A stretch of 64,000 bases of DNA, taken from IMG/VR virus record IMGVR_UViG_3300027749_000039, positions 126,603 through 190,602 of that record; one strand, given 5' to 3'. The translations under genes and the position numbers were made by a program. The notes below the pieces were generated by a model. That model saw only the letters and a list, made by a program, of their open reading frames with translations, ran no database searches and was not told where the DNA came from. This document shows, piece by piece, positions 28,745 through 36,305 of the stretch (its first letter is position 1; each line of letters starts with the position of its first letter). The stretch is from a virus.

Positions 28745-29243
28745 GTTTAAATTGGTTTCCTAGTTTTGATTACGCAACATTATATTCACCACGTAAATTT
28801 GATTTAGATTTATTTCAAATGAATTGTATATGCATATATATGCCTTTAGGCGGTAGCCAATTTAAAGAAAATGATTTGTGTCATTTTTACTTAGATGGTG
28901 AATGGGTTAGAGTAACTAAAGTAGGTAATAAAAAAATGAGTGCGCCGGAAGTATCTACATATGCATTTTCCGAATTTAAAAAATATTTCAAAGTTAATTA
29001 ATTATGAAAATGATAGTTGAAGAGTGGGGAGACGGGTATGAAAATAGTGGCGTATCTGTAACACTTATTAAATCAGATGGCAAAGAAATGAACGTTACAT
29101 TTAGAGATGGCGAACGTGAGGATATGGTTATAGCTAGGGATTTAAGCGATGCAACATATATAGCATCGCTTATTAAAACTGCATATGATGCTGGTAAAAC
29201 AGGTGAAGAATTGATAATTGAATATAAAGATATAGAAGAATAA
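28741..29243 (+). CDS. Two hypothetical proteins (28741-29001, 29004-29243)
   Basis: Coupled ORFs. Confidence 0.55.
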
Positions 29244-29989
29244 TGAAACAAGTTGTGTATCTAGGCGATATTCACGGCAACTTTGATTGGTTGAAACGTG
29301 AGATAAAAAGAGTTGGCATAGGTGAAAATGAAGAAGTAGCTTATATAATCCAAGTTGGAGATTTTGGAATCGGATTTAATAATAAATCCGATTTAGATAC
29401 TTTAAACTTATTAAATGAGTTTCTTAAATTGAGGAATATAATAATGATTGCTATTCGTGGTAATCATGACGACCCTTCATTTTTTCAAGGTAATCATATT
29501 TATTCTAATTTGATGTTAGTGCCTGATTATACTACTATGGAAATAGATGGTAGAAACCATTTATTCGTGGGTGGTGCTATATCAATAGATAGAAAGTATA
29601 GGCTACATAAAGATCAGATAGCTGCATCTTATGGCTCTTCACAGAAGTCATATTGGTATGATGAACTATTCTTATTAAATGAAGAAAAGTTAAAAGATAT
29701 AACTGGTATTGATGTAGTTATATCACATACTGCTCCTGAGTGGTGCTATCCTGATAATAGAAATGGGTTTGGTCCATTTGTTGATGAATTTGCTTATGAT
29801 GATGATAAGTTATACACTGATTTGGATAAAGAACGTAAAGATGTGACTAAAATGTTCCAAATTTTAGAAAAAAATGGTAATACTATTCAGTATCATGCAT
29901 ATGGTCATTTTCATTCAAGTCAAATAACTATGAATAGATATTGCAATCATTATTTATTAGGTATAAATGAGTTTAGGGAATTATATTAA
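29243..29989 (+). CDS. Calcineurin-like metallophosphoesterase
   Basis: GDIHG, QVGDFG, RGNHD, SHTAP, GHFH. Confidence 0.92.
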   Translation: MKQVVYLGDIHGNFDWLKREIKRVGIGENEEVAYIIQVGDFGIGFNNKSDLDTLNLLNEFLKLRNIIMIAIRGNHDDPSFFQGNHIYSNLMLVPDYTTMEIDGRNHLFVGGAISIDRKYRLHKDQIAASYGSSQKSYWYDELFLLNEEKLKDITGIDVVISHTAPEWCYPDNRNGFGPFVDEFAYDDDKLYTDLDKERKDVTKMFQILEKNGNTIQYHAYGHFHSSQITMNRYCNHYLLGINEFRELY

Positions 29990-30768
29990 TTCCCTAAACT
30001 CATTTTTATTTCTATATATTTGTTATACTTTCTTTTAAGACCAAAAGTAAAGTCGGAATATAACCAATTTAAAAATTTAATAGAATTTTTTCTACCACCT
30101 ATATATAGAATAGAATGTTTATTATTACCATTTATAATTCTTCTGATAGAATATTTAATACCTAAATTAATAGATATATCTTCTAAATATTTCCAATCTT
30201 GTCCGTATGTGCTTGCAAAATATATTTGAGGTGATTTATTACTGAAGTTTATACACCCATCGCCGTCCATTATTCCTCTTAGAAAATATTTAATATCTTC
30301 CTGTTTAATCTTCATTAAATTAAAATCTGGCGAGGCTGTACTTTTATTTTCATAATTAAATGACCTAAATATATTTACAATATCTTTAGAACAGTATTGG
30401 ATACACGCAGATGTTTTTGTTCTGCCCTTTCTTAATCTTTCATTATAATAAAAATTTCCTAATTTTTCAAATATTGGTTTGATATCGTCTAAATCTTCTT
30501 TTAGTATTTCTATACCTATATTATTACCGACTAAATATCCATCAGACCATAATAATCCCATTATATAGGACACATAAGGATTATCAACTTTTTCAAATGT
30601 ATCTAAACTTGGGTAAATATATTTTTTATTATAACTCAATTTTAATTTTTTAGCTTTGTTTTTAACCATATCAATAGTAAAATTACTCAATATTTCATTT
30701 ATTTTAGTTGGTCCAATTTTGTGGTAGTTTTCTACCATGAATTTTATTTCGTGTTCTTTCCATTCCAT
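29986..30768 (-). mobile_element. LAGLIDADG homing endonuclease
   Basis: YIMGLLWSDG and YFLRGIMDGDG double motif. Confidence 0.88.
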
Positions 30769-30879
30769 AATTTATATATTATTTATGATATAGCCCCTAA
30801 TAATGTTTACACGCAAATAAAATAAATATGAAAATAATTTTGTCAATTCAAAACTTTTTCGTACTTTTGTAATCTAATT

Positions 30880-31075
30880 AAGAACATAGAAACTAGCATA
30901 GTGTAATAAACTATGTAAAAACTTTACATGCTCACAGAACGTTAAAATTTTATCATTATAACAGGTTACTTAATCGAAAGAAGATAATTGGTATAATGTA
31001 TATCTATAAGATATAATAAAATTATAACCTTTCAATCCGAAAGGCATAGACTTAGAGTGTAAAGAGTTTCAAAAA
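30880..31075 (+). ncRNA. Candidate structured ncRNA (~190 nt) with its own host-type promoter
   Basis: No ORF; nested helices AAACTTTACA/TGTAAAG-AGTTT, AGGTTA/TAACCT, CATAGT/ACTATG; two GAAA tetraloop hairpins. Confidence 0.45.
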
Positions 31076-31091
31076 TAAATCTGAAAATAAT

Positions 31092-31122
31092 TTTGCAAAT
31101 TAAAAACTTTATTGTATCTTTG
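31092..31122 (+). promoter_or_regulatory. Bacteroidota-type promoter for tRNA cluster 4
   Basis: TTTG-N19-TATCTTTG. Confidence 0.8.
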
Positions 31123-31206
31123 CAATACAATAATCAATAAAGAAACAAATAACGATAAAAAGTCCATAGAGGAAAAAAGTAGTTTAAAAATTAAATATAT
31201 AATATA

Positions 31207-31308
31207 ATGAAAAACATTAATAGAAATAATAATACCATAAATTTAGTCATAAATAACGTGAATACGTTATGCGTGATTAGAGGAGTTATGGGGTTAAGTC
31301 TATTATGA
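31207..31308 (+). CDS. Attenuator leader peptide L4: MKNINRNNNTINLVINNVNTLCVIRGVMGLSLL
   Basis: Residues 3-25 are all N/I/R/T/L/V/C, exactly the downstream tRNA set. Confidence 0.88.
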   Translation: MKNINRNNNTINLVINNVNTLCVIRGVMGLSLL

Positions 31309-31335
31309 TAATATTTCAAATATATTATAATATTT

Positions 31336-31369
31336 AATCTCAAACTCAAAAAGTTTGAGATTTTTTTTT
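31336..31369 (+). terminator. Intrinsic terminator of attenuator L4
   Basis: AATCTCAAACT-CAAAA-AGTTTGAGATT-TTTTTTT. Confidence 0.9.
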
Positions 31370-31379
31370 ATGTTAAAAT

Positions 31380-31467
31380 GGCGCAGTGATGAAACTGGTT
31401 AGTACATGCAGGACTTAAAATCCTGTGGACAGAAATGTCCGTGTCGGTTCGACTCCGACCTGCGCTA
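31380..31467 (+). tRNA. tRNA-Leu(TAA), long variable arm
   Basis: CAGGA-CTTAAAA-TCCTG; A73. Confidence 0.92.
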
Positions 31468-31474
31468 CAAAACT

Positions 31475-31548
31475 CGGCGGGTAGCTTAGACGGTAAAAGC
31501 ACGAATCTTATAAATTCGAGATAGTGGGATCGTTACCCACCCCTCCGA
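31475..31548 (+). tRNA. tRNA-Ile(TAT)
   Basis: CGAAT-CTTATAA-ATTCG. Confidence 0.85.
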
Positions 31549-31553
31549 CAAAT

Positions 31554-31626
31554 GGTTCTATCGTACAATGGATTAGTACAAGGCTCTTCTAAAGCCTTTA
31601 TGTGGGTTCGAATCCCGCTGGAACTA
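31554..31626 (+). tRNA. tRNA-Arg(TCT)
   Basis: AGGCT-CTTCTAA-AGCCT. Confidence 0.9.
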
Positions 31627-31677
31627 CAATCGTTATTAATTTTTATTAGGGAGTTCGGTTTATATAATATATAATTT

Positions 31678-32484
31678 ATGAGACATAAACAAACAGAACA
31701 AACTAAAAAGAAGTTATCAGAAATAAGAAAAAAATGGTTAGCAGATAATCCAGAAAAACATCCATGGAAAAGAAAAGATAAATTCTTATCTAAGCCTTGT
31801 GAATTTTTCAAAAAGAAATTATTGGAAAATAATTTAACTTTTTCGGAAGAACAAAACTTACTTGAAGGAAGAGCATATTCGGTAGATGTAGTTTTTTATG
31901 ATAAAATGATTGGATTTAAAATAAATGGAAATCAACATTATAATTCAGATAAAACTCTTAAAGATTATTATAAAAAAAGGAAAGAAGAGATTGAAATTTT
32001 AGGATGGAAATTATATGATATACATTATACAAAAGTTTATAATGAAAAATTTATAGAGGAAATAATAAAATTCATAAAAGAGCAAAAGGAAATTCCAAAT
32101 TTTAATTTTGAATTTTTTATAAAAAAGGTTAAAAAAATATGTAAAGATTGTGGTAAAGAAATATCATATAATAGCATAGAAAGATGTTTAAAATGTCATA
32201 ATATATCCAGAAGAACAGAAAAATATGAAGTTAATTTAAAATATAAAATAGGTGCTAATAAAAAAGAAAAATTTATAAAAAATTGTAATTGTGGTGAAAT
32301 AATATCCATAAATTCAAATAATTGTAAGGAATGTTTTGATAAAATACAAAGAAAAATAGTTGATAGACCAAGTTTAGAAATTTTATTAGAAGAGGTTAAA
32401 GATATAGGATATAGTGCGGTTGGTAGAAAATATGGAGTTAGTGATAATTCTATAAGAAAGTGGATAAAAAATTATCAAAAATAA
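31678..32484 (+). mobile_element. DUF559/Vsr-like homing endonuclease with C-terminal HTH, in tRNA cluster 4
   Basis: YSVDVVF..IGFKINGNQHY..R....EILGW; RPSLEILLEEV..VGRKYGVSDNSIRKW. Confidence 0.7.
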
Positions 32485-32488
32485 AAAT

Positions 32489-32560
32489 TGTCGTATAGCT
32501 TAGTGGGGAAGCGTCAGCAGAAGTAGCTGAAGGGCATAGGTTCAATTCCTGTTGCGACTA
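32489..32560 (+). pseudogene. tRNA-like unit, anticodon loop AGAAGTA (AAG, G33)
   Basis: TCAGC/GCTGA stem, normal D and T arms, U1xU72. Confidence 0.5.
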
Positions 32561-32567
32561 CAAATAA

Positions 32568-32639
32568 GGTTCCTTAACTCAGAGGCAGAGTGCTACTTTT
32601 ACATGGTAGAAGTCGGGATTTCAAAATTCCCAGGAACCA
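32568..32639 (+). tRNA. tRNA-Val(TAC)
   Basis: CTACT-TTTACAT-GGTAG. Confidence 0.88.
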
Positions 32640-32646
32640 CAAAAAT

Positions 32647-32718
32647 TGGAATGTAGCTCAGAGGCAGAGCAGGATCCTGTTAAGATCAAGGTCGAGATAT
32701 CGTAATTCTCCATTCCAG
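32647..32718 (+). tRNA. tRNA-Asn(GTT)
   Basis: GATC-CTGTTAA-GATC; G73. Confidence 0.85.
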
Positions 32719-32723
32719 CAAAT

Positions 32724-32795
32724 AGTCTTATAGCTCAAAGGCAGAGTGCCTGTTCGACATACAGGAGGTTGCGATATCGTAATTCGCTAAGACTA
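32724..32795 (+). tRNA. tRNA-Val(GAC), C33
   Basis: CCTGT-TCGACAT-ACAGG. Confidence 0.82.
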
Positions 32796-32804
32796 CAAAT
32801 AAAG

Positions 32805-32878
32805 GGGCGTATGGTGAAATTGGTTTATCACGTCTGACTGTTAATCAGTTATTATAGGTTCGAGTCCTATTGTGCCCG
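32805..32878 (+). tRNA. tRNA-Asn(GTT), second
   Basis: CTGA-CTGTTAA-TCAG; G73. Confidence 0.88.
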
Positions 32879-32905
32879 CTAATTAAATAAAAAAAGTAAA
32901 TAATA

Positions 32906-32984
32906 CGGAACGTACCGAGTCACACTGATAATGTGGATATTCGTAAAGGTGTTGAAAATGAGATTTCAAGATTCTCCGTTCCGA
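32906..32984 (+). ncRNA. D-armless tRNA-Ile(GAT)-like RNA with long variable region
   Basis: Perfect acceptor CGGAACG/CGTTCCG, A73, TCACA-CTGATAA-TGTGG, only 7 nt where the D arm should be. Confidence 0.6.
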
Positions 32985-32990
32985 CAAAAT

Positions 32991-33066
32991 GCCAAATTAG
33001 TATAGCGGCGATTATACCAACCTTGTAAGTTGCGAGACACCAGTTCGAGTCTGGTATTTGGCTCCA
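32991..33066 (+). tRNA. tRNA-Thr(TGT), CCA encoded
   Basis: CAAC-CTTGTAA-GTTG; GCC/GGC acceptor. Confidence 0.88.
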
Positions 33067-33100
33067 CTACTGATCAGAATCCAGTGATTCAGATCTAAAA

Positions 33101-33176
33101 CGGACTATAGCTCATTATTGGTTAGAGCGTCACGCTGATAACGTGAAGGTGGTTGGATCGAAGCCAGCTAGTCCGA
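33101..33176 (+). tRNA. tRNA-Ile(GAT)
   Basis: TCACG-CTGATAA-CGTGA. Confidence 0.9.
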
Positions 33177-33182
33177 CAAAAT

Positions 33183-33255
33183 GCTAAAGTGTCTGAATGG
33201 TTGAGGAACTTTCTTGGTATGAAAGATAATATCGGTTCGAATCCGTTCTTTAGCT
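33183..33255 (+). tRNA. tRNA-Thr(GGT)
   Basis: CTTTC-TTGGTAT-GAAAG. Confidence 0.9.
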
Positions 33256-33261
33256 CTTAAT

Positions 33262-33334
33262 GGCGCCTTGGTCGAGTGGTTATAGGCGCAGGTCTGCAAA
33301 ACCTGATACATTGGTTCAATTCCAGTAGGCGCCT
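33262..33334 (+). tRNA. tRNA-Cys(GCA)
   Basis: CAGGT-CTGCAAA-ACCTG; U73. Confidence 0.92.
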
Positions 33335-33347
33335 CAAATTAAATAAA

Positions 33348-33623
33348 ATGAAACCGATTAAAAAAACATTTCTCTTTCTTCGCCAATTAACAAAAAATAA
33401 AGGCTTAGAGATACAACTAACTTTAGGTAAATTTATGTTTGGTGGAAGACCAAACTGGTTTGTAGTAGCATTTGAAACACGTTCAAAATGTGACCATGCT
33501 GGTGTTGAGTTTCGTTTAGAATTATTAAAAATATTTTATTTTCATATTAATATCTACGATTTTAGACATTGGAATTATACAACAGATACTTATTGTGATC
33601 ACGGTGATATATCCTATAGTTAG
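33348..33623 (+). CDS. Hypothetical protein (start at 33348; the track start overlaps tRNA-Cys)
   Basis: In-frame ATG after the tRNA. Confidence 0.6.
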   Translation: MKPIKKTFLFLRQLTKNKGLEIQLTLGKFMFGGRPNWFVVAFETRSKCDHAGVEFRLELLKIFYFHINIYDFRHWNYTTDTYCDHGDISYS

Positions 33624-33640
33624 TATTTAATATATACTAA

Positions 33641-34342
33641 ATGAAATGGATAAAATCATTTAGTGAAAGTTCAAAATATAAAGAGAAGGAAAGAACTGAT
33701 TACGCTTATAAATTAAAGAAAAAATTATTACAATTTAATTTAAATTGGCAAGAACTTATTTTCTTTTTGGAAGATAATGGATTTGATACATCAAAATTAG
33801 AAGAACTAAATGTTCCATCAAATTCATTTTTAAATAAAGGTTCATTTGGTATGGTTTTTTCTTATGGTAATGATAAAGTAATTAAAGTTAGTTTTAATAA
33901 ATTTGATTATGAATTTGCTAGAAAATTAATTGGGAAAGATAATGAACACTTACCAAATGTTTATGATATAAAAAGTATTTCTAATAATGTTTTAACTATG
34001 TTTATTATAGTTATGGAAAAATGTAAACCATTGCCTCAAAGTATAAAGACATATATAAATATCGAATATAAAAATATAGGTGAGTTTTTTAGAACACAAG
34101 ATCCAGAGTATCTAATACCTACAGAAGAAGAAGATTTGGAAACTTATAGAAAATATGATTTAGGAAATCAATTTTTAAGTATGATGGAGGAGATAAGAGA
34201 ATTATTTGGATTAAATAAAGACTTAGATATACATTCAGCAAATTTTATGATGAAAGAAAATAACCTTTGTTTTATAGATATTTTTGTTCCAAAGTATCTT
34301 ACAAAATTAGAACTTTCTAAAAGAAAATCAAAAACAAAATAA
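33641..34342 (+). CDS. Protein-kinase-like fold protein with capsid-targeting-like N-terminus
   Basis: KGSFGMVF..KVIK, DLDIHSANFM catalytic loop, FID; starts MKWIKSFSES. Confidence 0.7.
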   Translation: MKWIKSFSESSKYKEKERTDYAYKLKKKLLQFNLNWQELIFFLEDNGFDTSKLEELNVPSNSFLNKGSFGMVFSYGNDKVIKVSFNKFDYEFARKLIGKDNEHLPNVYDIKSISNNVLTMFIIVMEKCKPLPQSIKTYINIEYKNIGEFFRTQDPEYLIPTEEEDLETYRKYDLGNQFLSMMEEIRELFGLNKDLDIHSANFMMKENNLCFIDIFVPKYLTKLELSKRKSKTK

Positions 34343-34348
34343 ATATTT

Positions 34349-34379
34349 TTTGTAGTTTCAAAACTTTATTGTATCTTTG
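34349..34379 (+). promoter_or_regulatory. Bacteroidota-type promoter for the Leu/Met tRNA-asnS unit
   Basis: TTTG-N19-TATCTTTG. Confidence 0.8.
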
Positions 34380-34431
34380 TGTTATAATTAAAAATAGAAA
34401 ACAGACAAACAGAATTTAATATATAAATAAT

Positions 34432-34500
34432 ATGAAAAACATCAATCTAAATATGAATTTGCTTAATCTAATGGAAACATTGGACAGGATTCTTATATAG
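34432..34500 (+). CDS. Attenuator leader peptide L5: MKNINLNMNLLNLMETLDRILI
   Basis: Leu codons CTA x2, TTG x2, CTT x2; Met x3; Asn x5. Confidence 0.88.
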   Translation: MKNINLNMNLLNLMETLDRILI

Positions 34501-34524
34501 ATAACTTTATCATAAAGTTTTTAT

Positions 34525-34558
34525 AAAATCCTGTTCACAATCTGAACAGGATTTTTTT
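34525..34558 (+). terminator. Intrinsic terminator of attenuator L5
   Basis: AAAATCCTGTTCA-CAATC-TGAACAGGATTTT-TTT. Confidence 0.9.
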
Positions 34559-34561
34559 ATT

Positions 34562-34637
34562 GGCACTCTATCCCAACAAGAGCAGAGGACTCAGCTTTAG
34601 AACCTGAGAGTTGTGGGTTCAAATCCCACGAGTGTCA
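34562..34637 (+). tRNA. tRNA-Leu(TAG) with short variable arm
   Basis: TCAGC-TTTAGAA-CCTGA (C31xC39), 5-nt variable loop, A73. Confidence 0.7.
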
Positions 34638-34697
34638 CACAACTCGAACTCTGGTAGATAAAAAATAAGGGACTGTTATGTATATAATATATACATA

Positions 34698-35531
34698 ATG
34701 GAAAATAAAAAATTTATTGAAATATGCCAAACAGCCGTAAGTATGGCTGAGGCAGCTAGAATTATAGGAATTGGATTTAATTCTTTTAAGAAAAAAGCAT
34801 TAATATTAAATTGTTATAAAACTAATCAAAATTGGAGAAAAGGTAAAACTGTTTTAAATGATGATAGAATAGAAAGTAAACATACTTTATTTTGTGAAAA
34901 TTCTTCCGCAAGAAGAGAATATATTAAAGGTTTAATTATTAAACATAATTTAATTGAATATAAATGTTTTGATTGTGGATTAAAAAATGAATGGAATGGG
35001 AAAATTTTAAACTTACAGTTAGACCATATAAATGGTGTAAAAAATGATAATAGACTTGAAAATTTAAGATTTATGTGCCCTAATTGTCATTCACAAACAG
35101 AAACATGGTGTAAAAGTAAAGGTAATTCAATAAATAATTTAGATATAGAAATCTTAATTAATACTATAAATAAGTCATTTTCTATGACTAAATTAATTGA
35201 TAAATTAGGAATCTATGATACACAAAATAATAGAAAGAAAATCAAAAAAATAATGATAGAAAATAATCTATCTTTTGAATTTGATAAACAGGAAAAGAAT
35301 AAAATAAATAGTTGTAAGTGTGGTAAATCTATTAAAAAATCAAGTAAAATGTGTTCTAAATGTTGGCAGATAGAACAAAGAAAAGTTAATAGACCTACAT
35401 ATGAGCAGTTAAAAAAAGAAGTAGAAGAAATTGGATATTCAGCAACAGGTAGAAAATATAATGTTTCTGATAATTGCATAAGAAAATGGTTAAAAGCATA
35501 TGTACCCCAATTGGCAGAGGGACACCGTTAA
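34698..35531 (+). mobile_element. HNH homing endonuclease in tRNA cluster 5
   Basis: LQLDHINGVKNDNRLENLRFMCPNCHSQT; C-terminal TGRKYNVSDNCIRKW HTH; 3' end overlaps tRNA-Leu(AAG). Confidence 0.9.
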
Positions 35532-35570
35532 GAGCGGTGATAGGTGTCGGATCGTTGCCGACTATATGCA
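35496..35570 (+). tRNA. tRNA-Leu(AAG) with short variable arm
   Basis: CACCG-TTAAGAG-CGGTG; GCATATG/TATATGC; A73. Confidence 0.75.
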
Positions 35571-35638
35571 CAAAGATTGCGCTGATGAGAATTGTAGGTG
35601 CAATTTCTAGTTGTAGAGTATTTCACAATACTCTCTCT

Positions 35639-35712
35639 ACCGAAGTGATGTAATTGGTAAACATCTTATTTTCAAAAAATAAGTTTTGAGGGATCGTAGC
35701 CCTTCTTCGGTA
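35639..35712 (+). tRNA. tRNA-Leu(CAA) with short variable arm
   Basis: TTATT-TTCAAAA-AATAA; ACCGAAG/CTTCGGT; A73. Confidence 0.75.
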
Positions 35713-35770
35713 CTATCATTGAAATAGTTGTATATTATGATAAATGGTATAGTTATGATATAATTAATAA

Positions 35771-35855
35771 GCCGCTATGAGCAGATGTGGTAATTGCGAC
35801 GGACTCATAATCCGTTTTCTGTAAGATAGTGTTGGTTCGAGTCCAACTAGCGGTA
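35771..35855 (+). tRNA. tRNA-Met(CAT), elongator-type, long variable arm (Ile2 not excluded)
   Basis: ACGGA-CTCATAA-TCCGT. Confidence 0.82.
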
Positions 35856-35910
35856 CAGACATAATAAATATAAAAAGTTATTATGATCACATAAAAGAAA
35901 ATTTATTAAA

Positions 35911-36171
35911 ATGGAAAATTTGAAAGATGTAAAGGTCGCAGACCTTGTTAGAAACGCTAAGGCAAAAATTGCTTATGTTCAAAGTGGTATAATTTATTAC
36001 CAAATTGAAAATGATACGCATGTAACTATGCTTCCGATTGATCTTAATAATGAAGATATTAAACAAGATATAGGAACTTCAAGATTAGATGCGGAATATA
36101 GTGGTATTACTTTAATGCGTTATATTAACAAAGCAATAAAATTAGGTACATTAGCGTATTATAAAAAGTAA
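35911..36171 (+). CDS. Hypothetical protein
   Basis: 86 aa track ORF. Confidence 0.6.
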   Translation: MENLKDVKVADLVRNAKAKIAYVQSGIIYYQIENDTHVTMLPIDLNNEDIKQDIGTSRLDAEYSGITLMRYINKAIKLGTLAYYKK

Positions 36172-36305
36172 ATAAAATGGAAACTATAAAAATAAAAACT
36201 GCGGGCGTCTATGGTGCAGTAATTGCACCATTCGCCTTCTATAATTAGTAATTTTTAATCGAATAAAAATTAAAAATACTAATTATAAAAATAAAAGCAG
36301 TTAAA

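Noticed and set aside
35733-35770. MINGIVMI mini ORF before tRNA-Met
   Set aside because: No terminator or alternative structure; could be chance in AT-rich DNA.
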